From NCBI GenBank assembly GCA_965644495.1, contig CBFFSA010000001.1:310001-374000 (forward strand): 64,000 bases of DNA, in the 5' to 3' direction. Source of the stretch: Perkinsela sp. CCAP 1560/9. Lineage: Eukaryota; Protista; Euglenozoa: Kinetoplastea. Positions 54,209-63,496 of this stretch are shown piece after piece. Under the pieces are notes generated by a model. The model saw nothing but the letters and a program-made list of their open reading frames with translations. It was not told the origin of the DNA and made no database searches. Each line of letters opens with the position of its first letter. Position 1 is the first letter of the stretch. Position numbers and translations under genes: made by a program.

Positions 54209-54952
54209 TGAAAACTTCCATCTAGGGAGGGTCTAAATTTTGTAAAAATTGTCCAATTTTGGAAAATAATAGCGCATTGGAGAGGTCTCGCAGAGTTGTA
54301 TGTCTTTGGCGTATTCGGAACGCTCGGCTTGAAAGATTTAACCCGATGAGAAAAAAACATGTTTTTTTCCTTGTGAAAATATGGCAATTTTTCATTTTTG
54401 CCCCATTTTACGCCCCAAAAGCGAGTTCGCTCAAGGAATTCTCATGGTGTTTCGAACGCCCGTTCTTATGCTTGCCAGGGAAGATTAAAGAACACCAAAG
54501 ATTACTGCTTGTGGCCGACTTCGAGAAAACACAGTCTTATTCCCGGACTTACCAAAGTATTTGGGTTCACTAGGGAACTGTGAAACTCTGGGTGGAATGA
54601 TTCATGTTTTTTACGATAAACTTCAGGCAAAAGACAAAGATAAGTTTGATAATAAGTTTAAAAACTTCAGAAAACGTTGTAGAATCATCGTAGAAAAGAA
54701 GGGTGCATATTGTGGATGCGACACGGGTTTTAAAATAATGTTTCCTAAAAATATCTGAGATTTTTTATTATTCCTTAAGTGATAATTTGCTTTTTTGGCC
54801 TATTCGGTATTTGGAGTTCTAATTTGATACGTCAAAAGCTACCAGTGCAAAGACATGCAACTCTGCGAAAGCTCTCGAATGCGGTATTATTTTCCGAAAT
54901 TGAAAAAGTTTTGCAAATTTTAGACCCCCCCAGATGGAAGTTTTCACCCCTG
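54209..54952 (+). mobile_element. Internally deleted copy of the 17949 Tc1-like element (opposite orientation)
   Basis: Both TIRs are present (the left one lacks its first ~6 bp). The transposase N-terminus 'PQKRVRSRNSHG' is joined at about 54600 to the C-terminus 'FRKRCRIIVEKKGAYCG'. TA at 54953-54. Confidence 0.92.
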
Positions 54953-55182
54953 TATGTATAATTACAAAGTTTATAATATGTTCATAAACAATGTTTAATA
55001 TAAACATCCCGTTTTCAATGGTTTATTTATTTAATTTTTTTGCTCTTGTTGGCAACTACGTGAACTCAATTTTTTATATTTTTTAATACATTAAAAAAAA
55101 TATTACATCTGAGAGATTCTGTAAAATGTTTACAGATTCTGTAAAATTGATAGATCAATGATTTTTTAACATACAACTATGT

Positions 55183-56790
55183 ATGACAATTGTTGCATTA
55201 AGTAGCGCTGGATTAGCTCAAAATTTAGAGGCTTGCCTTGCCGATGTCTCTCATCACATAGCCAGTGGGCGTAATTGTGTTCTTCGATGCCTGGACACAG
55301 CCTACGTCAAGGACGATTGCCAAGGACTGCATCCGACCGTTCATTTCGCTCTTGAAGAGCAGTTGCTCCGGCTGTTTCCGACAGTCTACGGAGTTTGCGA
55401 CACCAACCCTAGAGTAGATTCTTTGGGATCTATTCTGTTTCTCTACCGCAGTAGATACCCGTGCGTTGTCATGGGTCGAAATCAGGTTTCCTGGATGGAA
55501 ACAAGACATTTGCACCCAGAAGAAATGCATTTTAACGATGGCGCCAGTACAAGTCCACTTGTGTTGCGTCGTATTAGCGGTGGTGGTTGTGTGTATCACG
55601 ATTCCGGGTGTCTTTGCTTTAGTATTATTACCTCTCGATCTAAATACAATCCTGCGAGAAGCCTTGGTGTCGTACGCCAAGCAGTTGAAAAGTTAATTTA
55701 CACACAATTGAAACAAAACGGAAAGAGCGAGTCAAGCCTTGATATAACGAGCACGCCACGAAGCGATTTATTTGTTGCGGGAAAGAAAATTACTGGTAGT
55801 GCTATGCGCATTGTACACAGAGCGGCCTATCATCACGGAACCATCCTTGTACACTCGGACCTCGCAAAAGTTAGTGAATCCCTACGGCCCCTCTTTCAAA
55901 ATCAGTCCTCTTGTGAGGTGCAGTCCAAGGGATCTCCCTCTGTCCGAAGCTCAGTCACCAATCTGGTTCAGGCTTCTGGGAATTCTTTAGACTGCACGCC
56001 CCAGTCCGATCTCTTTCTCTTGACCAGTGAACTCGTACAGGAAGCCTTTTGGACGGAATACGGGTCGAATGGAAGTTACTGCGCCTATGATGTATACGAC
56101 CATGTTGCTCCAGGGAAGAACCTTTTCACAGCACTTAAAACAAATTGCAAGACACAGAATGTACAAGGAGAAATTCAAAAAGTGGATTCTGGGGAACATT
56201 CATGCGCTGATATACACCATCGAATAAAAGAGTTGGGCTCTTGGGAATGGATTCGGGGTGCAGGAGCTGTGTTCCAAGTTTCCTTATGTAGTAAACTGAA
56301 TTTGAAGGGTCAAAGGGAAGACTCTCTTTGGCAGAAGATATTACATAATCGTGGGATAGAAAAAACATCTTTTCACGTTCGTTCTGGTTACATCGAAGAC
56401 GTATCTTTTAGTATCCGATCAACCTCAACCAATTCAACGACATTCTTTGAGGAGATTGCCATGCTCACATCATCTGCACTTTCCGGGGTCGGTTTCGGCG
56501 CTAAATTTATTCTACGTGATGCATGTCAACGACTAGCACTCGCCATCTTCCGAAGCGATCAATTGAGTTCACATGTAACACAGCAGATCCAAAGTTTTTC
56601 CCTACTTCCGGAGAATGAGGAAACTATTTATTCTGACATGAATACTCTTCTCATGGAAGCTGGTGTGGATGTTCGTGACAGTACCGACGCTTCTCGATTC
56701 TTACTTTTTGTTGCAGCAATTTTTCCAGCCATTTGTGACGCGGTCGATTTTAAGAGAGCTTACTTTGGAAAAAGGGAAAAAAAATTATGA
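55183..56790 (+). CDS. Lipoate-protein ligase / lipoyltransferase (LplA family)
   Basis: VVMGRNQ, RRISGGGCVYHDSG, KKITGSA, HHGTIL, SVRSSVTNL and SWEW. Confidence 0.92.
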   Translation: MTIVALSSAGLAQNLEACLADVSHHIASGRNCVLRCLDTAYVKDDCQGLHPTVHFALEEQLLRLFPTVYGVCDTNPRVDSLGSILFLYRSRYPCVVMGRNQVSWMETRHLHPEEMHFNDGASTSPLVLRRISGGGCVYHDSGCLCFSIITSRSKYNPARSLGVVRQAVEKLIYTQLKQNGKSESSLDITSTPRSDLFVAGKKITGSAMRIVHRAAYHHGTILVHSDLAKVSESLRPLFQNQSSCEVQSKGSPSVRSSVTNLVQASGNSLDCTPQSDLFLLTSELVQEAFWTEYGSNGSYCAYDVYDHVAPGKNLFTALKTNCKTQNVQGEIQKVDSGEHSCADIHHRIKELGSWEWIRGAGAVFQVSLCSKLNLKGQREDSLWQKILHNRGIEKTSFHVRSGYIEDVSFSIRSTSTNSTTFFEEIAMLTSSALSGVGFGAKFILRDACQRLALAIFRSDQLSSHVTQQIQSFSLLPENEETIYSDMNTLLMEAGVDVRDSTDASRFLLFVAAIFPAICDAVDFKRAYFGKREKKL

Positions 56791-56955
56791 AGTTAAATTC
56801 GGTGAATTTACTCACCGTAGTTGTTTTATATCAAGGTTGAGAACCTTTCATTGGTGAAATCGATAAGGGTTATTTTAGAAAAACCTTCTGCGTTCAAAAT
56901 CAATCTTCATATCTTTATGTCCCCCAAGGTCTATCAATTAAGCAAAATCTAGTAA

Positions 56956-57522
56956 ATGGTAAATTATGATAACATTCAGGAGGCGGATAGATTAGTCAAA
57001 CATTCCATTCATGAGCCACTTCCGATGACACCTATCGTTGCTCAGCGTATACATTCCCTTCCAGATCATCAAACATCATCTGTGCCTTTTACAGACTATG
57101 ATACGGCTTTGTCTACGCCGCAAAACACTTTCCCACCTCAAGTGTATTGTATTCGTCATGCTCGAATTCGGTATACCTCAGAGTGTGGGTTAGTAAAACC
57201 ACTTACAGAATATTATGCTTGCAAGGCTTCCTCAAGCTGTCTTCGAGGAGGGCCAGTGGAAGATGTAGGCGCAATCTTACAGAGGGATGTTAATAGTGAA
57301 ATCTTGTGCAGTCAGCATTTTCAAATTAGAAGCGCGCGTTACGTTCGAAGAAATACTGAGGGTACTGGATATCAGTGCTCTTTTCCCCATTATTGCATTT
57401 TGAAAAGTAACGAACCTGCTAAGTCATATGACTCTGCCCTATCATACATGGCCTCCGATGACACGGACGTTCCAGGCGCGAAGCCTACTGATCATCTGTG
57501 TAACTTTTTTCAACAGCAATAA
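56956..57522 (+). CDS. Protein with two C-x2-H-x3-R-x15/16-C-x5-C motifs
   Basis: 188-aa ATG ORF with a duplicated Cys/His pattern. Confidence 0.65.
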   Translation: MVNYDNIQEADRLVKHSIHEPLPMTPIVAQRIHSLPDHQTSSVPFTDYDTALSTPQNTFPPQVYCIRHARIRYTSECGLVKPLTEYYACKASSSCLRGGPVEDVGAILQRDVNSEILCSQHFQIRSARYVRRNTEGTGYQCSFPHYCILKSNEPAKSYDSALSYMASDDTDVPGAKPTDHLCNFFQQQ

Positions 57523-57760
57523 AGAACTTTACCTAAAAAGGGCATACAAATAACTCGCTCTTATGCTGAATATTTCAGGTTCGAAAATGTGTGGCCACAT
57601 AAACTTGTCACTTAAATTTTCTGCTGTATGTTCTATGATTTTTTTTGAAGTATTCTTTTCACGAGTAAACACGCAATTGGGCTATTGAAGACAATTTATA
57701 TTTATCTTCTTATTATTTCTCATTATTTTCTTATTAGTATTTTAATCAAAACAAAACTCA

Positions 57761-58285
57761 ATGGGGCCATATTTGCGTGAGTATGAAATTACGGGACGTC
57801 GCCAGCCGTCGACCGCCAACCGTGATCCGGAAATTTATGCTATGCGAATCTTCGCTCCGAACTACGTGGTCGCAAAATCTCGTTTCTGGTATCACTTACG
57901 CTCTTTGAAGAGCATTAAGCGCACCAGTGGTGAGCTTCTGGGGTGCAAGGAAATTCCTGCGTCCAAGCCAGGCAAAGTAAAAAACTATGAGGTCTCGATG
58001 AAGGTGTACAACCGCCGTGTCGGCTTTGTCAACATTCGCAAGGAATTTCGTGACGTCTCTCGTGGGAGTGCTGTGTCGCAGGCGTACATCGATACTGCCT
58101 CGCGCAATCGTGGAAAGTATTTTGACATCAACGTTGTTGGAGTGAAGAGCGTTCACGATAAGGAGGTACGCAACAAGAACATGCAGCAATTTGCTCAAGT
58201 TGATGTCAAATTTCCGTTGAAGCATACGTTGCCAAAGTTACCAAAGGGTCTCAAGTTTTCTACCATGCGCCCTAAATCGTACTAA
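57761..58285 (+). CDS. RPL18A: 60S ribosomal protein L18a (eL20)
   Basis: 'MRIFAPNYVVAKSRFWY', 'VKNY', 'KEFRDVSRGSAVSQAY' and 'KFPL'. Confidence 0.95.
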   Translation: MGPYLREYEITGRRQPSTANRDPEIYAMRIFAPNYVVAKSRFWYHLRSLKSIKRTSGELLGCKEIPASKPGKVKNYEVSMKVYNRRVGFVNIRKEFRDVSRGSAVSQAYIDTASRNRGKYFDINVVGVKSVHDKEVRNKNMQQFAQVDVKFPLKHTLPKLPKGLKFSTMRPKSY

Positions 58286-58527
58286 GTGAAGAAAGGAAAA
58301 ATTGTGGAAGTATGAGAAGAAAAGGTGTAACTGGATGAAAGTGGGTGTTTGCAATTTTTCTGCAAAACAAATTAGTAAAACATTTCGCGTAAATGAAGTT
58401 TAATATTTCTAACGTGATACAAGGATTGAGCTAGTGGCTTTTATTACTGTCAATGTCATCGGAGGTCACTACGTAACCACAACCTTCTATTATTTTTTGA
58501 GTATCAACGTACTGTATTTCTCCTCCC

Positions 58528-59088
58528 ATGAAACCGAACTCGGGTTCTACCCCCTCATCAAAACCTCCCCCGATACTTGAACGCGTCTCTCGATTAGAAA
58601 AAGGGTTTGCAGCAGGGAAGAAGACCACTTCCGCCGAGCGGGCGTCACCCTACCGAGGTATCAGTGAGTCCCGCACCCCAACGCTCTCTCAAATACGCGG
58701 CGCCTCCCAGACCCCGGCGCCGCTACGGAGTAATTTACCTCATTTACGTCATGCACCTCGAGGGGCGCAACGACCAAATTTTCTTACGCAAAAAGCGCTG
58801 AGTTCTCCTTTGTCTTCAAACATGACGGCCCCACGGGATGAGACCGCCTCGTTTGGGGACCCGGAGCTCTCGGGACGAGCTCCCCGGGCGTGGGGCTCGC
58901 AGAAAGGCTCCTCCTCGTGCTCTTCGGAGTACTCCTCTCTGGAATACAATATGAAAAGAGTGCGTGAGAATTTTCTGGTGAATTGGGGACTAAAACCTCT
59001 TGTGTCGGGCTTCTCGCTTGCGCTGGGGATGTCCGCAGGGTACGGTTTCTTTGATTTTTTGATTAAATACAAGCAGAATATGGGTTAG
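58528..59088 (+). CDS. Hypothetical tail-anchored membrane protein
   Basis: Disordered Ser/Pro/Arg-rich N-terminus; C-terminal Gly-rich TM segment 'PLVSGFSLALGMSAGYGFFDFL'. Confidence 0.6.
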   Translation: MKPNSGSTPSSKPPPILERVSRLEKGFAAGKKTTSAERASPYRGISESRTPTLSQIRGASQTPAPLRSNLPHLRHAPRGAQRPNFLTQKALSSPLSSNMTAPRDETASFGDPELSGRAPRAWGSQKGSSSCSSEYSSLEYNMKRVRENFLVNWGLKPLVSGFSLALGMSAGYGFFDFLIKYKQNMG

Positions 59089-59611
59089 TTTACCCAGTAG
59101 TTTAGTATGCACGCATTGTCTTTTCGCTCACGTGGATGATTTGCGTGTGGTTGTGTCTAAAACTTCTAAAGTTGATAATAAAGACATTGTACGGTTTCCA
59201 CGTGGAAATAAGATTTTATTGTCTCTTGTGTGTATAAGGTGCTTATAGAAGCCGCTGCTTATTCACATTTGTAACACTGAATAGAATCCAGTGACGTTTC
59301 TGTTGGTTGTATTAGCGTCATATTGATTCTAATACTTCCAAAGTCATCTGGTTACAAATGCTCAAAATTTGTAATGCACGATATGTTTTTTCGATAATCT
59401 TTGTGAAATTGGCATTGAGTAACTCTCCTTCTTGCAATCAAAAAAATGTGTTTTGTAGGTACATAACCCTTTGTTAACTTTTGGGTAACTAACATACCAA
59501 AAATACAACCCATACGAAATGCACTACTTACAGAATGCGTACAGGCTCCTAGTTGGGTACTTTGCGGACCCACGTTCACCGCTCCACTTTTAGAATTTCC
59601 AAGCTCCTCCC

Positions 59612-61723
59612 ATGAACTCATCTCCGTTTCGCACAACGTGTAGTCCACACGCCGACCGTGGTTTGGTGGCACCTGTTCGCGTGGTGGTTCGTATTCGTCC
59701 TCCTTGCGAGCCCCTGGTGAATCCTCATTTCATGCATGTCGTCCGACCAGATAGGGGTCTACAACACGAGTGGAAATGGGATGACCACAGCGTATATCAA
59801 GCCGGGGAGAACATGGATCTTGTGGGTACCTACGAGAACGTTTTCGGTCCCTCCTCCACGAATGAGGATATTTACCATTCCGGGGCGCATGAACTCGTAC
59901 GAAACACGATTGACGGGTATGATGCGTGCATCTACGCGTTTGGACAGACGAATTCAGGAAAGACGCATACCCTTCATGGATGCCGCACTTCTCCGGGGGT
60001 AATTTCTCAAGCCGCACAAGACTTTTTCAATGAAATTGAAAATCAAACTGAGTGCGTTTCTCTGCTTCGCGTTTCTTTTTTGGAGCTATACAATGAGCAG
60101 ATACGGGATTTGTTACATCGAGAAGTCTTGGCATACAATTCCAGTGATTGCTTGGAGACAGATGGGCAAGAATTATTAGCCTCCCGCTCGACTTCAAAGG
60201 ACCTATTGTTCTATCCTACAATTGTAAAAGACCCTGATAGAGGGACAATTGTGTTACATGCTCGCGAGGTCTTGGTTCGTAATGTAGAGGACGTCATGAA
60301 TCTGCTTGATCTGGGAGAGCACAGGCGTTTGGTTGCGCCGAATGATGCTCACATTGATGCGAGTCGCTCTCATACCATCTTTCGGTTTATTTTTGAATCT
60401 CGAAACGCGTCCGATCAATCCGTTCGTCTTTCCACTTTAAGTATTGTCGACACGGCGGGAAATGAAACTCCGACAAATCTCACCGAGGAGAGTAGTGAAT
60501 TCGCTGTCGAAGAGCGTGAAAGGAAGAGCAATATAGCTCAACGTTGGCAAGAAGGGGAACGCGCAAAAAAGCTGACGACTCGTGTGCGCGAAGGAAAAAA
60601 TATCCGAAAGAGTCTTCTCGCACTCGAAAGCTGCGTCAGGGTTGCAGCTCAGTCAGCCTCTAAGCAAAGTACTCATTCCCAGAATTCTACAGCATTAGCG
60701 TCTCCGGGTCGCAATTCTACGCGAATTCCGTATCGCGATAGCAAGCTAACGCGACTTCTGCATCACACGATAGGTGGTTCAGCATTTACTCTTGTTATTT
60801 GCACAATTAATCCAAACGAGCAAAAAGAGTCTCTCTGTACTTTACACTTTGGAAGTAACGCGCGAAAAGTGTCGAATTATCCTTCACAAGTTCGAGTATT
60901 GTCTCACAATTCTCTACTAGCAAAATACAAGGACACGATTCAACGTCTTGTAGAAGAGGCTGAACTTATTCACCAGGCACAAGTTGTGGAATCCCAACAA
61001 GTAGAAGTCGGCTTACAAGGCCTAATAACAAAAGAAACGTGCAAATACGACAAGGCGAATGAAGAAGCTAGAAAAATGGATCGCAAAATAGAATCCTTGC
61101 AAAGTTTCTTGCTTTATTCAGCCGTGACGTCTTCAAACTCTGAAACAAGGGGAAGGAATGATACTACTTCACGCAAAAAGAATTACAGAGCTCGAAGTGT
61201 AAATTGCAGAAGTAAGAAGGTAGAACAGCAAGATAATTTAAATGTCGAGAAAACTACAAGTGATGAGAAGTTGAGAGAAAAAATTCTCCGTTTGCGATAT
61301 TCTACGTCGCACGCATCAGAGAATAATTTACCAACCCTAAGCTCTGGAAATTCTTCGAAGCATTTAAATCTGCGTGTTTTGCAAAAATATCAAGAATATG
61401 TGGCTTTGCAAAGAAAAATAACTCAGCTGAAACTTCAGAAAGACTTTTTGCAAAAAAACATTCATGATGAAGTTTCCTCTGTAGATAATGAGTCTGACGT
61501 CACAAGATGGCGCAAAAAAACAGCTTCCAAACTCCGTGAGTGTATGATGCGGGCTATTAAACTTGAAAAAATGCGCGAAAAAAGTACGCTTTTGACGGCG
61601 CTATGGTCGTGTTGCGGTCTATCCCGGACGAGAACCTTTTCCCAAGGGCATAAAATAGAAATGCTAGTTAGAAAAAAGTATCCCATATTACAAGAAGCAG
61701 AAACCATTATTAAGTACTCCTAG
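59612..61723 (+). CDS. Kinesin with an N-terminal motor (kinesin-7-like)
   Basis: VRVVVRIRP, AFGQTNSGKTHT, VSFLELYNEQIRDLL, SRSH and IPYRDSKLTRLL; coiled-coil tail. Confidence 0.92.
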   Translation: MNSSPFRTTCSPHADRGLVAPVRVVVRIRPPCEPLVNPHFMHVVRPDRGLQHEWKWDDHSVYQAGENMDLVGTYENVFGPSSTNEDIYHSGAHELVRNTIDGYDACIYAFGQTNSGKTHTLHGCRTSPGVISQAAQDFFNEIENQTECVSLLRVSFLELYNEQIRDLLHREVLAYNSSDCLETDGQELLASRSTSKDLLFYPTIVKDPDRGTIVLHAREVLVRNVEDVMNLLDLGEHRRLVAPNDAHIDASRSHTIFRFIFESRNASDQSVRLSTLSIVDTAGNETPTNLTEESSEFAVEERERKSNIAQRWQEGERAKKLTTRVREGKNIRKSLLALESCVRVAAQSASKQSTHSQNSTALASPGRNSTRIPYRDSKLTRLLHHTIGGSAFTLVICTINPNEQKESLCTLHFGSNARKVSNYPSQVRVLSHNSLLAKYKDTIQRLVEEAELIHQAQVVESQQVEVGLQGLITKETCKYDKANEEARKMDRKIESLQSFLLYSAVTSSNSETRGRNDTTSRKKNYRARSVNCRSKKVEQQDNLNVEKTTSDEKLREKILRLRYSTSHASENNLPTLSSGNSSKHLNLRVLQKYQEYVALQRKITQLKLQKDFLQKNIHDEVSSVDNESDVTRWRKKTASKLRECMMRAIKLEKMREKSTLLTALWSCCGLSRTRTFSQGHKIEMLVRKKYPILQEAETIIKYS

Positions 61724-61754
61724 AAGGCAATCCTCTCTTTGATTGAAGTGCTTG

Positions 61755-62086
61755 CAGTCCCTACACGAGGACTATCATAAACAGGCGCACAAATAGCTTA
61801 CAAAAAGCACTAATAAGTGTCATAATCTTATAAAAGGGATATTGTCATTTTCCAAGTAGCTCTCTATATTTTTCCTATTAGCACATCAAACAAATGTTTC
61901 GAGCACGTCCGAAACCAACTCAGTCCCTACTCGAGGGCTATCATAAACAGGCGCACAAATAGCTTACAAAAAGCACTAATAAGTGTCATAATCTTATAAA
62001 AGGGATATTGTCATTTTCCAAGTAGCTCTCTATATTTTTCCTATTAGCACATCAAACAAATGTTTCGAGCACGTCCGAAACCAACT
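61755..62086. repeat. Tandem duplication, 2 x 166 bp
   Basis: 61755-61920 and 61921-62086 differ at two positions near the start of the unit. Confidence 0.95.
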
Positions 62087-63286
62087 TTCCCGTGTGTGTA
62101 CATGATGTCACAATATTCAGAAGCATCAAACATAACATGTCATACCCTCGGGGGATTTCGACCGAAGATACCACTTTTCGAGTCCAATTCTCTGAATATG
62201 AGAAGGAGTAATCGTTACCCTATTCTGCATTTGCATATTTACACAGCTGTTCGTCGTTATTGCACAGAAACCGATTCTGATGAGCATGTTGAGGAAGTTG
62301 ATTTCTCGCAAGGCGTTCTGAATGACTTACAAGTGCAGCACGAGATGCAAAGAAGAGCAAAAATGATTCCAAGTCCTTCGCAATATGAGCAAATGATCAG
62401 CAATATTCTTCCGTCGGATCAGAAAAATAATCGAGCTGCGTTAAGCGCTCTTCGCGAGTATTTTCGTAAAACACCGATTAATGAGTATATTCCTTGCGAG
62501 AGGGTAGTTATCACTTCAGTAGAGACGCCAGATGGGAAAGACATTAAACCCGATGCAGACAAACGGAAGTTTTCGATTCAAGACGCGATTGTATATGCTA
62601 GGTCACGCGATCAAGATGTGGTTATGCTGGGTGAAAATCAAGGCGTTGGGTATTGTAAAATTCGAAATGAAGTTCGCCGTGCTTTAAAACAAATTGACAA
62701 TCACTTGACAACTGGAAATTCTCCCTCTGGAAATATAATCAAATCACAAGGAAAGCCCGTGGAATACAGCATTCGGGATGTCATAGCCCACAACGATTTG
62801 GTGTGGCGATCTCAGAGAATACGTGATGATCTTTCGAAGCGAAAGCAAGTACGCATTGTTTGTGCAAAATTTCTTTCCCCTCCAAGCGCAGTGAGCAAGA
62901 TACGTGAGTTTTTAGATTTGATTAAAATAAAAACCGCAGAGGTTGGCGTAGGTCACAGCGCTATGCAAATCGTTATCTCTGAAAACGAATTGGGTGTCAT
63001 TCTGCACCCCACTGGAGGAAAAGAAACTAAACATCCAAGTGATAGCGATTGGGTGAAACATCAGCAAAGACTTCAAAAGGCCGTTGAAAATTCAGGAAGA
63101 GATATATCAGGAACGTACGTACGTTCGAAGGAAAAGAAATTGTTCTCTACCGGAACACGGTTTACTCGTCAAAATAGGTACGGTGAGGCACTTGACGATA
63201 GGAAAGTTGAAGTTTTAAAATACGATTCTGAAGACGTTCTTAGGAGAAAACTTCGAGAAGTTGATGAAAAGCTTCAGAGGACGTGA
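62060..63286 (+). CDS. Mitochondrial translation initiation factor IF-3
   Basis: IF3-N-like 'DAIVYARSRDQDVVML...YCKI' and IF3-C-like 'EYSIRDVIAHNDLVWR...KRKQVRI'. The likely start is 62198 (MRRS..., transit-peptide-like). Confidence 0.72.
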   Translation: MFRARPKPTFPCVYMMSQYSEASNITCHTLGGFRPKIPLFESNSLNMRRSNRYPILHLHIYTAVRRYCTETDSDEHVEEVDFSQGVLNDLQVQHEMQRRAKMIPSPSQYEQMISNILPSDQKNNRAALSALREYFRKTPINEYIPCERVVITSVETPDGKDIKPDADKRKFSIQDAIVYARSRDQDVVMLGENQGVGYCKIRNEVRRALKQIDNHLTTGNSPSGNIIKSQGKPVEYSIRDVIAHNDLVWRSQRIRDDLSKRKQVRIVCAKFLSPPSAVSKIREFLDLIKIKTAEVGVGHSAMQIVISENELGVILHPTGGKETKHPSDSDWVKHQQRLQKAVENSGRDISGTYVRSKEKKLFSTGTRFTRQNRYGEALDDRKVEVLKYDSEDVLRRKLREVDEKLQRT

Positions 63287-63496
63287 CAGCAGGGTCGCTG
63301 CTGTGAATGACTCTGAAATCAGGTTCTGGAGTTTGATTCATAATCTTTACTATATTTTTAGCTATCTTATAGCTAACAGTATAGTTTATGAAATAGCCAT
63401 CAAAGTTACGTCTAAAATTTGTACGATTTTGCTGAAGGCGAGCTGCAAATATTTTAATTATGTCGTCATTGACACCTAGAACTCTTCCCTCTATTA

